64,000 nt of DNA from Amoebidium appalachense (GCA_963693365.1 CAVNZM010000018.1:429861-493860); one strand, 5' to 3'. Shown: positions 1 through 29,355, numbered from the stretch's first letter. Notes: a model not told the origin generated them from the letters alone. Program-made: numbers and translations.

Positions 1-212
1 ATACATGCATACCCTCGAGAGCCCTCCCTCCCCCCCCCCCCCCCCCCCCCCGCCCCCCCCCTTCCTTTCAAAAAACTAAAAGAGAGAAAAGAATGAAAGA
101 ACAAAAGATAGAAAAGAAAAGACAAGAAAAACAAAACAAGATCAAATCACTATGTTAATCAACACCCACCTCTCCCTTCCCCCCCCCCCCCCCCGCCCCC
201 AAAACCACAGAC

Positions 213-308
<96 letters not shown>

Positions 309-309
309 C

Positions 310-5579
<5,270 letters not shown>

Positions 5580-7108
5580 CTGAGGAACAAAAAAGCATAT
5601 AAATAAGTTTTGTCAGCGCCCTCCTACACCACCTTCGCTCCACACACACACGCACGCATCCATGGGCGATCTCGCTCACACACGCACACCAGCACCACTG
5701 CAAATACATCAACCCAGGGAAGCGCTAGGGCGTGCCCTAGCACACCAAATAATTCAGTTCGACCTGCCTCAACATGGTTTCTTCTTCCCCTCTTTGTTCT
5801 GGGTGTTCATTATAGTTCCTGAGCTCTTTCCAGTCCCTTTAAACCCACAAGCTTTACAACGGTGATGGACCTATTTTTTCTGTCTGAATATATATGCTTA
5901 AAGCACTCGCAAGATGATCATGTTTCTCTGGTGTGTGATTGTTTTCCAGCAATTTATTTTAATTTTAGAAGTTGTAATTGAGGTCCTGAATAGGGTTAGC
6001 ATGCTACAAAGCGGGGTAGCTTATAATGCACTCTGTTAGTGACAAAGTTCCTTGTATACAAAAGCAGGAAATAAGGCATAAAAAACAAGCTCTTATGTGG
6101 CACCTTGTTATAGATACAAGGTCAACAATGGCCTTTATTCTGAATGAAGCATAATCCTCGGAGGAAGGCAGTTGTTTTCTACTTCGCGTAACGGCTGATG
6201 TTCACAACATACCTTATCAAGGCGCTCGTCCGAGTAGATCTCGGCCTGTTCAACCTTCATTCTCACCTGCTTATCTTAGCGCTGCTATATCCACCTTTAA
6301 AACCCTTGGTTTTCTACGAGAATGTACAACTATTTTAACTTCTTCTACCTCCTTGGGTATGGCATGTTGCAGCCAGCGTTCAGAACCGGACCGGGGTGTG
6401 CGGCCCCACGTGCAGGTCTGCCTAAAGCAAAACGGCCGCAACCACCCTCTCGCCTACCGTCAGAGCTACAGCACAAAAAGATTACTTCTTTGCCAAAAAT
6501 TTAACATTCCATCACTAAGCCAAATATACCCCTAACAACACACCTCGTCAGTAGATCCAACTCCCTCTCTTACAGAATCAAACCACTTTCACCTCTCCGA
6601 AGTTTTCTTTTTCGAGCTCGCAAACTGCGGCCGCTCGCGCGGCGACGCAACTGCGCCGCGCACTTTCGTTTGAAGCGGTTATTGGCATGCGTGATAAAGC
6701 GTGAGAACAATTGAATGTCAACTCTTTTAAATCACTAAAGAACGGTGATTGGTTGAAACGGTACCAAATAAGCTTGTTAAAACACCAGGTTCAGTGCGCG
6801 AATTTCCTTTTTCGGCATGAACATGGAGACAAATTTGGAAAGATGTTTGACTGGAGAGCAAACAGCAGGCCTTGTTGGAGGCTGCCCCGAAACTTTGAAA
6901 AAACTCACGCTGACCATGCATGTTGAACAAACAAAAGGCCAGCTGCGGCTTCTCCATAACATGTGCATGGCACGCGTTAACGTCTGTACAAGCAGCCACA
7001 CAGTAAAGTAGAGGAGGCTGAGAAATCCATCAAGAGTGAAGAGCGTCATGGGAGCGGCCCTTTGATAAGATGAAGCTCGTATGCGTGCAGTCGTACACGC
7101 GCACACCT

Positions 7109-7195
7109 ATGCTGTCGTAAGCTAAGAAGTACTGGTGACACATATGCTGTCGTAAGCTAAGAAGTACTGGTGACACATACGCTGTCGTAAGCTAA
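7109..7195. repeat. 35-bp tandem repeat, ~2.5 copies
   Basis: atgctgtcgtaagctaagaagtactggtgacacat repeated near-identically. Confidence 0.9.
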
Positions 7196-7952
7196 ATAGA
7201 AATGGGGAGGTTGACACGGTGGTGGTGGTGGGGGGGGGGGGGGGGGGGGGGGGAGGGGGGGGGAGGGGGGGGCGGGAGGGGGGAGGACGGAGGAAGAGGG
7301 GGAAAGGGGAAAGGAAGGGTGGGGGATGGCACAACGGCATCTACCAGGCTGGGAGGGAATTGAGGTGGTGGAAGAGAGGAGAAGGTATATTTAGTTGTCG
7401 AGAGGGTGGGCGCATTGGGATGGGGGGGCCCGGTGGGGAGGAGGGAGAGGGTGGGTGATCCCAGGTACGGAGTTGGGGGGAGGGAGGGGGGGAGGGGAGT
7501 GGCTGAGGCCGTGGGAGGGGAGGAAGAGAGAAAGAGAGCTGAGGACATGTATGAGTGCACGACAGGACTTCGCTTTTCAACTTTTTATTGTCGCTTGCAA
7601 TTATAGACACGAATAAGGGAAGGGAAGGAAGAACTTTAATCAAGTGTTCTGTGACGTTTTATAATACTATGCAGTTATACAGCACGCAGCCTTAGGCCTC
7701 AAGCACTCAAATACACACTCTCAGATATTTGCAAACACCGTCCAACTCTCCTTCCCGTGCATATAGACTACTCTTGTTTTTCTTCGGGTCACCTCCGAGC
7801 ATTCAGTCATCTTGCTATATATGAAGGTATATTGTGTACGCGAAAAGAGGAAGCTTGATCACAGCAAAATCACTTAGATCCATATCACAACAGATACTAC
7901 AGAAGATATGTCGAGTTTCTGCTTTGAGAACTGTTAATCTGGCATACAGAGG

Positions 7953-10780
7953 TCAGCTTAAAGACCACAAACCCTTCTTGTCTGCCCAAGCTTCTATGTA
8001 CGTGCATGTCATTTCTAGCGCCATGTCTCCCATGCAAAAAGAGGCAGATTCATGTTTCGCCACCATCAGTTGCTCTGTGTGGCCATCATGTTCTCCCACA
8101 TGGCCTGGCCATCCTCTCTGTGGCCATTCTTCCAGTGGCTGCGCTGGCACGCCACACTGCAGTAGTACACCACCTAGCACCCCGAGCACTGCTTGAGCGG
8201 CCCCGTCTCCCCATGCCCGGCACACTCAGGCCCTGCACACAACCTCACACTCCCCGTCCACTTGCTATCCACACGTGCAACGCCCCGTGGCTTGTGCCGG
8301 CGTAAACAGATGGGCGGGGCACTGGTAGAAGCCTTTGGTACCCTCCGGGCCGTGTTTCAGTAGCTCCATCTTGTGTCGATGCACGAGGTCTTGATGGACC
8401 TGCCCAGCTTGGGAAACAGCGCCATGATCAGGTTCACAGTATCGGGATAGTTGTGGATGAGTGTGTTGCACACATCGGGGCCGATGCCAACGAGCATGTC
8501 GTATTCAGCTGGCATGCGCAAGATGTTGGTGTAGATGTTAAAGTTGTGGTAACGGAAACTTTCCCGCCGGAGCGCAGCTACCTCCTCATGAAGTTCGCGG
8601 ACAAGTGGCTGGGGGTAGGCGAGGTCGACGATGGAGAGGTTTTTGACCTTCTTGGCTCGCGTAGATGACTTGAGAATCTGGTTATGGCCCGTATGCATGT
8701 AGTTAGACTCAGTGATGAAAACGACCACATATGCAAATGTGCTGAACTATGCGGTGGCTCAGCACAATCAAGCAACCTTTCTGCCAGCTGGGACGCAAAC
8801 TGGAGTTTGAATAGCAATCTCAAGGAATCGACTTTGTGTCATTACAGTATTCCCAGCATATCATATCAAGCAACTGAGGCACGGCACAGAAGTGCATCCT
8901 GTCACAAAGAACGACATTTCACACACAAAAACACTTACGTCCAGCCCCTTGGCAGCAATCTGCACACAGAATTTCACCATCCTCATGTCCTCATCCACCC
9001 TCTTGTCCAACACAAGGCCACTGGGGCTCGTGGCACGTCTTTTATCGGGCCGCAGCCCACGATAGAAGGCACCCGCCATGCAGTGGCCCACGACCACTGT
9101 GAGATCGGCCAGAAACAAGTCATGGTCTGGGAAAGGAAACTTAACCCGTGTTCCAGCGGACCCCAAACCAGAGTTGAAGACGTCCATAACAAACTCCAAG
9201 GTGAGCAGTTGGGAGTGTGTCGCCCCCATGATCTGTTAACGGGCAACGTAGCCGACGTGATGAGAAAGGATGGAGGGCACGGCGGCATCCCAGTCGCCCA
9301 AAACATCACGCCCAACAAAGAGCTTGGCGGAGATGCACACCAACACCTCGGCACGTGCACGTTCTCTGTCCAGGTGTGCTTCCGGATTCTCGCCAACGCA
9401 CCGCCCAAGTGTTGCAACCTGGGCTACGAAAGGTGCCATCTGTGCATGTAGCAACGAATCAGTACTAATCATCATGTATTCTACCGTGCACCCAGATTAC
9501 AATAAATAACCCGTATCGATTGTGGGCAGCTCATCAGCAGCTACAGAAGACTGCATGCCGCACCATGCAAACACACCAAGCACCCCACAACATTGAGTCG
9601 ACGCCTACCTTTGCCAGTGTGGCGCTGAATGGTTTTGCTGGGGCAAGCACCTCGAGGATGTTAAGGACAATACGCCAGCCGGGGAGTGATAGAATCCACT
9701 CGTCGGTCGCAGCCAGCCAGGCAGGGGTGTTGCAGCGGGGGCAAACGGGGCGCTTCTCGTGTCCAAGTTGTACTATCACATTTTTTCTTGGTTGTCCAGG
9801 CAACAGGGTTGACTGCAATACAGAAGTGTCATCTTGTCCCCCCTCCAGCCCGGAAGGGCAGCACGGCATGTGTCGGAGGGGCAGCGGAGGTTGGCTTCCT
9901 AGGTTGGAAATCAGGAGTGAGATGTCAGACACGTGTCAAACATACTGTCTCTTACGCTATGTGCTTTGTATATGTATACGTATTGTATGCAACTAAAGCA
10001 ATAATAAGCTCACAGCACCTTCTGGATGTGTGCATCGACATCACAAGCAAGCTTGCTTGGCCATGAGCAAGACATTAATAGCAGTCACCATCATATTCTA
10101 CAAGGCTTTCTTTGATCCAGCAAGAAAGATAACATGCAAAGCCAACAAACCTTCCAAGTTTTCACACATTCAAGCATGCTCGCGCTAGATATGTATATAT
10201 ATACCTGCACGTGATAGGTCTCTTTCAGCAACTTGTTGTTTTGCACGGCGGCAGCCATCCTCCTTTCCGTCACCTGCTGACCGTCTTGACAAAGTCAGGT
10301 GTGGCCATCAGAGCCTCAGCAAACAGACAGCACGCCTCCTTGTTTGTTTGTGCTTGGCAGCCCATCACCATAACGTCGTTGCGCATTCGGTCAATCAACT
10401 CGTCGGATCTATCCACCATGGCACTGAATAGGAATGTTCTCGTGACATGTAGCTGGTCTGCAGGCTTACAGCAAGGAACTCAACAGTGCTACGGGCCAAT
10501 TTCGCATTGTCGTAGTCGGTTGGGCGAACCTTTTGCATTTTGGTGCTATATACTACAAGGGTCTCTCAATAAAGTGATTTACACTTTTGATGGACACACA
10601 GAAAATGCCACGTTCAGTAGAAAGCATCTGCTTTTTGTTTGTTTCCACTGCAGTTTGTACGTGCACTGATTCCAACATGACCCGTGTTTCTGAAGTTTCA
10701 TTTGTTGCGCTCTGACGAATGATTAGCTCATTGAAGTCGATAAGGTTTGTGTTGCGCAAAAGATCTAATCGAAAAGACAT
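7953..10780 (-). pseudogene. Decayed spliced gene of unrecognised family (possibly transposon-associated)
   Basis: Protein-like reading frames linked by GT-AG sites (AAG|gtagg ~9609 to cacag|ATG ~9440; GAC|gtaagt ~8938; CAG|gtata ~10205). There is an in-frame TAA at 9236-9238 between two collinear ORFs, a TGA at ~10270 and frameshifts at ~8700 and ~8380. The introns are short and lack microsatellites. Confidence 0.5.
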
Positions 10781-10829
10781 AAAGTCACCGCGTGCTGCCC
10801 CGACACTAACAGCCTGACAGACCGGGAGG

Positions 10830-11712
10830 GAAGACTCCATGGAGGGGAGAGAGAGCGAAGAAGCAGTAAGGAGATGGGGAGTGAGGGAGCGAGAGAGAGG
10901 GAGGGAGCCGGGAGAGCGAGAGGGACTGCGTGCCCCTATGAGAAAGTGGAGGGCGAGGGGAAATAACCTGTCAAACGGAACATGAGATGGGAGGAGAGCG
11001 TACCTGAGATGGCCAGTGGCACAAGTGCGGGGAAGGCGTAACGTTTCGAGGACAGAAACACTACGAGAAGTCGGTGAAGTGGGGAAGCAAGAGAGGGGAA
11101 AAGAAACCACCTGAGACAGTATATGAAGGAAGAATCGACGAGGAGAGGCAGAGGAACTCACGTTCATGAGAACAGGAATGGAGAGAGTAAAGAGACAGCA
11201 AAAGAAGGGGAGACGGATAGTGAGCAAGAAAGAGAGCAACACAAGATGGGCGTTAGTGTTTGTAGTGTATAGGGTTGGGGGGGATGTAGAGGGGCCTTCA
11301 GGGAGATGAAGCTTAAGGAGAAGAGGCGGACGGTGGGGCCGGAGGGCCGGGGGGCCGGGGGGGGGAGGGGGGGGGGGAAGGGGGGAGGTGGGGAGGTAAA
11401 GATAGTTTAGAGGTACGCGTTTCTGGGGACTTCAACCTACAGCGAACTTGTTCCAACCTTTGTAGGGGATGATTGCACTTGAAACTGCAGGAGAGTATTA
11501 GTCGAGGGGTTAGGAACTTCGATCCGGGGGGCCGGGGAGAGGGTTGGAATGTGGTACAGCGTGGGGGGGTGGGGGGTGCGGGGGGAGACTCTGAGGGGGG
11601 GAGGCCGGGGTAGGGGGGAGGGAGGGGTTGAATGTGTTACAGGGTGGGGGGAGTTGGGGGTGCGGGGGTAGAGGAGGGGGGGAGGGGGGGGGGGGGGGGG
11701 TTCTATCTCCAT
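10830..11712 (-). mobile_element. Degenerate 5' fragment of a non-LTR retrotransposon (APE-type endonuclease remnant)
   Basis: Across frameshifts, and in APE order: LLQFQVQS (cf. ILQWNVxG), PETR (cf. LQET), PLLLLSLYS (cf. LxxxYxP), YTVSGG (cf. IxGDFN), TCATGHLRYALL (cf. T...IDYxL). Catalytic residues are largely lost. Confidence 0.4.
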
Positions 11713-13260
11713 GTTTTTTACTTTGATGGTCTGTGCAATCCTCCGGGAGTCCGGCCGCGGAGTCTGAATTTCTCCGGAACCGAGTTGGGAAGTCAGGTTG
11801 GTGAATGGCGATTGGGGTTCAGTTCAAGTGAAGAAACATAAATATATATAACTACATCGAAGGCGCAAGCCAAACCCACTAATAATGCACGCAGCCCTAC
11901 ACTACCATCCCAGCCTCCAAGCTTATCCCAGGCGGCCAGGCCTCCTCCCAAGGCCTCTCAAGGCCGAGGCCTTGAGAGTTGAGAGGCCTCGGGGACAGGG
12001 AGATTACAACTTTGATCGGGGACGGGCCGGCGGCTATAAATAGCCTGGTTAAACCTCCGTGCCTAAACCTCCGTGATCTCAACTTGGTGTTTGATAACGA
12101 AAAAAAATTAGATTTTGGAGTTCACTGGCAGTACCCTGCCTCTGGTACTGTAGCTTGGAACATTACTATTACTAGAATGCCTTGTCAGAAATCGCTTCAC
12201 ACTATACTATCTCTGGAGACGGCACTCCACTTATTAGCTAGAAGGGCGGCACCGTAAGCTAGCTGTCCCTATCTATCGTGTCACTAAAGTAAGGCACATG
12301 GGTTGCCAAACCCAGACTATTAATAAAGTCTTCACACTATTGAGTCGTCACTCAAACCCTTATTACCCCGCGCTGTCTCGTGTCTGCAGCAATACACAAG
12401 TACGACAGCTAGTGACTGCAACCTAACACTAACGTAGCTAAGGTGATCAAGCTTATCCACAAAGGTGCTGAATGCTGCAAGTGTGTGTGACGGCACACAC
12501 ACACTGACCATCACAAGTGTCGGGGGTGACCTACAAATGACGGCACACTCGTATTTAATGACTGTCGAGCCCAGAGCTAATGTCCAGACAGTAGCTGCTT
12601 ATATACGAAGGCAAGTACACTTGAACACCTACAAGAACTGAAGCGACTCTATCCAACCTACTTTAAGCTAGTATAAGCGCACTTTTAGAGTAGTGAGTAA
12701 TTGTATATGACACAAATAACAACAGTTTAAAGTATTAGCTAAACAATCAAAAGCCCCGCACGCACATGCCTGCTCATCAGTAGAGCTGCAGTCTACCTCC
12801 GGAGTCTAGATCTGTGGACGTGGTGATATGGTGTGTGGTTCACGGAGTTGCTGCCACCCACTATGGTTAGAAGACGCCGTGACGTGGCCCATTAGAGTGA
12901 AAAAAGAACCTATAAGAGCCAAAGGTTATGCAGAGACCACTTTAACCCGGTCACTGCAACCTTTTTTGTGTCATCGACAACAAGCCACTACACCTCAAAC
13001 CTGCTACCGGAGCTTGTCCCACTGTACGCCCGTTCTAGAAGGTGCAAACAGTGGGGTTTTGGTGCTACCACTCAGAAGAAGCCAAATAAACATGACTTGG
13101 TTGTTCAGGCATAGGCTCAAGTTTGTCCCACCCCCATCATGCTCAACTTATACACTGCCCATGACCACCCACCTGCACATTCCTGACTGCATGGGAAGGC
13201 CCGCCCGTACTAGTCCCCCCTCTACACAACTAACTTAGGCAAGAACACCGGGCCGTAAGA

Positions 13261-14700
<1,440 letters not shown>

Positions 14701-15158
14701 TTACCCTGTGTAACAAACGACACACTGGCACAGTATATTAACCGGCCTCTTTTGGTGCAGTGGCGGTTTGCAAACACGCACGGTCCGGGTTAGTACTAGC
14801 CCAAGACAACGTAACGTTAGATGTAATTAGCAGCTTCTGCACAGATCGTGTGTAGGGAGAGAGCAGACGGGTAGATGTACAAAGACTTAGAATAGAGAGA
14901 GAGCTGCCGGGTTTGCATTTCTTTTATCCGTGAGCAAGAGAAAGAAAAACAATACAGTTAAGTAACAAGCATCTAATTCGACTTGTTTCAAGTTAGTGGC
15001 AGTACATAGTGGGCTCGTACCGATGCTAGTGCTACCTCTGCACACTGCACTGTGCAACAGAACACTTTGCACTCAAGTGACCTTTGGATGCAAGGGATAT
15101 TTGACGAGACGATATATGCAACAAGTTATTTATTATAAAAAGAACAACAGGGTGTCTG

Positions 15159-15697
15159 TCAGAGTCTGCTGGTTGCGTTGACGGTGTGGAAAACAGTCAT
15201 GATGTGTTTTCGACCGAACGCCTTCCCGTTGTCTGTATGTGTATGGCTGACAGGGCATTCCACAAAAAGGTGGACTGAATGATCACGCTGTACGTGTGTA
15301 TAATGTTCACACGCCATGCCTACTCTACCCCCAGAGAGTGCCAGTATTTGGCAGAAACGCACCATGCAGGCGGTAAATGTTCAACACCATGTGTGATGCC
15401 CTCATGATCACGATTGGCAAAGAAAAACGCCCAACGCAACAAGCCTGCAAACCCCATAATAACTAAGAAGATAGAAATTATCATTTATAAAAAAAAGCAT
15501 CTGTGTAGCATTTTGAGGAACAGGCAAATATTGTTACGTAAAGGGAAGTGTTGGAGCGAAGCAAAAACTTGATCGATTTTGGAATAGAAGATCCAATTTG
15601 CTTCGCTCCGACACCCGAGGTTGGCCGCCATAGGGCCGTCGTTTGTCGGGCTGCCTGGCAGCGGCTCCAGCTGCCCGACGTAGAAGCTACTTCGAGC
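15159..15697 (-). CDS. Possible exons of an unidentified gene or pseudogene
   Basis: tttag|15697-15538|gtaac joins in phase 1 to gcag|15444..., reading ...ANWIFYSKIDQVFASLQHFPLRLLRWAFFFANRDHEG. No family recognised. Confidence 0.25.
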
Positions 15698-16964
15698 CTA
15701 AACAAACCCTTTACGTAACATTATTTGCTTTTTCCTTAAGAAACACACGTATTTACACAGATCTCTCTAACAAAGACCAAAAACACCTAAAATAGAAGTT
15801 CACTAAGGAGTGAGTGAGGGACTTCACTTTTACTTCGATCTCTTAGCTGTCACGTCAACTTTTTTTCCCGATTCTTCACCATGGCAGGTATATAAAGGCT
15901 TTCGTTTTTTTCTTTTTGTGGTGGGAAGGGGTCCCACTCAGGGGAACGTGACACTGTGTGTGTGTAGTGCGGCCTTGTCTATTCCTACTGCTGTGAGAGT
16001 GTGGGGACATCTCCCTTCCGCGGAGCTTCTCGCTTGCTTTGTAGTGGTTTCTCGACATCTGGTGGCCCACTGCAACTTACGGTGACTTCTACACGCTATC
16101 TACGCTTCTACTCGAGCTATTGGCGGTGGGCTGCTGCAACTTCTTCAACTGCTTCTGCGCTGCGTGAGTGGAGGGGTAGCTACTGGGTCGTCGAGGAGCT
16201 TTCCTTGTGGCTGCCGTGTTTTCAGCCTTCAGCAGTATGGCAATGACTGGGTTTGCTTGCATGCATGCTGTAGTTGTGTTTTCCTGTGTCCTGCCACAAC
16301 TAGGCCACCTTATCAAAGAGTTAGAGACAGCTTCTGCGGGTTTTCTAGGGGACGGGCCCGTGGGGATTGTTTTCTCGCTCGGATTTGGTCTGCATTGCTC
16401 TTTAAAGGGCTGACTTGCTTGCTGTGCCCCGGTAGGTTTTGAGGGGGGCCTGTTGGGGGGCAGCAGTAATGATGTCTTCTTGCGGAATGTGGCCTGGTCA
16501 TCATCGCTGCATATGACTAGTTGGAGCAAACTAGTTTCACGCATACACGTGCACTTGTACCTTTGCCCGCTGGTGTCCTTTGGTCACTTGTTGTTTTATT
16601 TTTTATTTCATCGCTGTGGCTCTTTCGAAGTCGGTTATTTTGGTGGTCATGTAGCCTGTGGCTGCACGTTGCCACGTAGCAAAGAACGTTCGTCAATAAC
16701 CGGCTTGCTGTGAGAAGCTGTACGTGATGTATAAGAAGGTCATTGTGCCATTGTTAGGGATGAGAGTAAAGGTAGGGGTTTACGCTGTTTACTCGAGGCA
16801 AAGAGAACCAGTCTCAGGTATGGGGGGGGGTTTTGCTCGGAATATCCCCTCAGCGGTATATCATGATCACGTACATAGATGTCGGGTGGTGACTATATAT
16901 CAGGGTTTACTTTCTCTACGAGACACCATAAAGACTACAAGGAGAAATCAATTAGTTGGGGTTC

Positions 16965-16968
<4 letters not shown>

Positions 16969-17003
<35 letters not shown>

Positions 17004-17035
17004 GGGCTCCCCTCGGGACACTCGGTATCAGCTGG

Positions 17036-17068
<33 letters not shown>

Positions 17069-18435
17069 TGTGTGTGTGTGCGCGTGCGCTATAATTTTGT
17101 AGTGATGTGTTTCTCAAGCCAATCAATACATCTAATAAACAGGTCGTAGTTACGCGTGTTTAGTATAAAATCAAGGATGTTGTAATTTACAGGTAGGCTA
17201 TCTTTCTGGGTGTCTGTTGTGAATGTGACGTGTGTGTGTTGCAGTATTATGTGGTCTATCAAACTACATTTGGCGATACATGACCGGTTAAACTGGTGTG
17301 TGTGTGTGTTGTTTGGGCATGCAAACGATGCCACCTTATACTTATTAGATCTCCACTGTATAGCACGTGTACAGTAAAAGCGTGGTAATTGATCAATAAT
17401 ACCATCAGCTAGAGAAAGACCAGTTCTACAGGAAGGTAATATGTATTTAGGTGTTATACATTTGCGAGTGCCATATTTGGCAATATGGTTGAGGCGGTCA
17501 GTATATATAAAACGAGACATAAGGCTTAGTTTTTCAAGGTGTATGCTTTCATCGGGTCTAGTGTCGTGTGGTATCTGTTTCCATTTGTTATATTGCGTGA
17601 TTATCTTGTGATAAGTGGCAGTCCAAAGTCACACACACACTATTGCGGGGTTTATTTGTATTTGTGCCCAGGGGAGAAGGGGAGGAAAGAGGGGAGAGGT
17701 GAGGAGGGGACAGGTCGGATAGAGAAGAGAGGGTGGGAGGGCAAATACTTCTTTAAGCGGCTTATGTGCTTATTGAATTTCAGCGCGAGATAGGATACTC
17801 TAGCAGCTATTGGGACCAGACCATATATCGAGAGCGTTACAGGCCCAGGTTTACAACAGTTGTTAGATAGAAAGGAGGCAACTTCTGCTTCAAGGAAATT
17901 TGCCAAGGGTTTAAGCGCTCTAGTTCGCTCTTTCTTGATCCAAGCGGCGAGAAGGGGTAAACCATATTCACATGCCGGGAAGACAAAAGTGCGAATAAAT
18001 GTAAGTCTAATAGAAGGATGGAGGGGTGTGTCTTTAAAAATATTAGCCGAGAAGAAAGCTAACCGCTTACGAGCCAACTCTACCCTCTTTTCGACCATAT
18101 GGGGAAACATAACACCAACAGAATCAACCGGAACACCAAGATATTTGTATTCTGGAACTATAGGTACAGGTTTAGATGATAATGTAAATGTGTGTAAATT
18201 GTTAGCTATATCAGGTACAAGAACACCACATTTGTCTATGTTAAGGATCATAAGGTTTGCCTTGCACCACTCTGACACTACATCGAACAATCTTTGCAGG
18301 CGTCTAGGGGTACGGGCAAGGAGGGACAGATCATCAGCATAGAGAAGTGCAGGCGGAAAGTTATTAATAGGGTCATCGTTTTCGGCGTAAATCTTGACAG
18401 CCAAATCATCTATAAAAGTAAAGGTGAGGACGTCC
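16969..18435 (-). mobile_element. 5'-truncated, decayed non-LTR (LINE) retrotransposon: RT C-terminal half, Cys-containing C-terminal region, 3' UTR, poly(A)
   Basis: SPLL/FIDDL (frameshifted, ~18430), LLYADD, LQRLFDVVSEWC...LNIDKCGVL and YKYLGV in ORF 17652-18404. Downstream ORF 17089-17520 follows after stops. A32 tail at 16969-17000. Confidence 0.93.
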
Positions 18436-19726
18436 GCGACGGACCACTGATCAACAAATCCCAGTCAAGAGAAAGAAAAAAAAAATGAAAAAAAGATATC
18501 AGTACACAAATTATTTATTCTGACATACCTTACCCATCAGACATCCTCAAAGGTGTATGAAAAGCTAATGAATTTATAATAAATGGTCATTTGGGAGGCT
18601 TGAAGCTGTTTTTTCTATCTAATATTAAAAACGCGACATATTGAATATTCTCTTTTATAAAATAGAGAAAAGCGAGAATTACAATTCGGAGGGTGTTTGT
18701 GAGTCGTGGGGGACAGCACTACCGAAAAAAGCCCGCCATCGGGTAGCTTTGGATTGGCTAAAGGTCATTAGCTGAAGTATGTGTGTATTTGCATTCTCAG
18801 AGATTTCCATGATGTCCCATTAGAGAAAACCATGAGCGCAGGAAACTTTGTGATGATATATAATTGTATACGATGAAAAATAAGTTCCAGACCTCGTTTT
18901 TTCCATTTTTACACATGTATGTGTGTATCTGAGACCTCCAAAACATATCATTTTTATTCCCAGGAATACGACTCATCCAATCACAAGGTGCTGTGACACA
19001 GAACGCCATCGGCGAAATGATCCATGAGCCATCGTTCTATAGCTACCTATCTGCCGGATAATCTTTTTTAAATCCCTACATATCGCATTAAAGGTATTTT
19101 AAAAAGCTTAATTGTTCGGTATATCACGTAAGTAGGTAGCTGCTTATGGGCACCGTCAAGTTGCGCGCGCTACACACACTGTGCCACACGACACAAAACA
19201 GCTGTCGTTTCCGTTTCACTCTTCTACACTTCGTGCATGCGTGTGCGGGTCTGTGTGCTACCGTTTAGTGTTGACTGTTACAATTTCCTTAATTTCCTAA
19301 AGCTCTTAATATAGTATTGTTCCCAATATAATGCAGTATCCCGTTTAGTTTGAAACCTCTGTGCATTAGTGCTGAGCACCTAGGACCCTTCAAGCAAGTC
19401 AAAAAACAGTTACAAGCAGGTACGTGCGCATACACACGCAGTTAGGACAGTAGAAGGAATGAGTGCATCTTTATAAAGGGCCTTTCCAATTCTTTCGGTC
19501 TTCTGTATACGTGGAATTAGTACCACTCTTCGGCGGTAGCTAAACGCCCTAGGCATGGGTTTAACCGCAGTTGTTCTCCTTAGCTCTATCGACACTTTCT
19601 GTTCCCAACAGCTGTACCGTGTGTACATGTTTCACCCTCCCCAACAATTCACGCGCAAAAAGGTACTAGGCGCAAGATGTCGACGAGGAAACATGTACTC
19701 TCTGTGGAATATTTACACTGGGCAGC

Positions 19727-28675
<8,949 letters not shown>

Positions 28676-29355
28676 ACCAGCCTAGTAGCCTATATATGCA
28701 TAATAACAGTACGCGATTATTTTGAAAAAAAAAATACATAGATATGAATTTACAGGGCTAGATGTTAATGACGTGACGCGGTTTTTCAATCGGTCTATTT
28801 AGCCTGTATTTTCAATGGCTTCTTGTGTTTATTGTTATGTGGTCCGGCTGAGTTTGCCGAGTGAGAACCACTATTCCATGCTCAATCCCCTTGTTAAGAA
28901 AGGTTGGGGTGTGGGTGTAGGCGAGTGTGTCGTATGTTGCGGGCACGGCCTGATATCGCGATTCTATAGGTGCATGTTGCCTGTTGAAGCATGTACGGAA
29001 TTTATTATCAGCTGGTAGTCAAACCATCATTGAGATATATTGTTGGGATATATTATTGATATGTGTTTATTGTGGTAGTGGGATAGCAGCCTGATATGAG
29101 ACCTTCCGGAGGGGGGTCCTACTAGAATTCTGGAAATTCGCTCTGTTGCTACTGGTGCCGTTGCTGACGAGGTTTGATCTTTTTGCCCATATTTGGTTAG
29201 CATATTATGATTTCATCTTCTCGTATGCCGTTTTCGTATGATTGATTTTACGCATCCATATTCTTAATATTCTAAATTTTTTGTTTTACTTTGCCTGGCT
29301 GTGTTTTCCTGTTTCTTGGTTTTACACTTTTTTCTTTATAGCGTTGACCGGGCGG

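Noticed and set aside
6637-6661. 8-bp GC hairpin as a Helitron 3' end
   Set aside because: No CTRR terminus at the expected distance on either strand.
6711-6926. SFKSLKNGDWL resembling the Ulp1 protease WLND motif
   Set aside because: No downstream His/Asp/Cys catalytic motifs; too short to support.
8684-9451. 255-aa plus-strand ORF
   Set aside because: It is the antisense shadow of the minus-strand pseudogene frames; the splice signals favour the minus strand.
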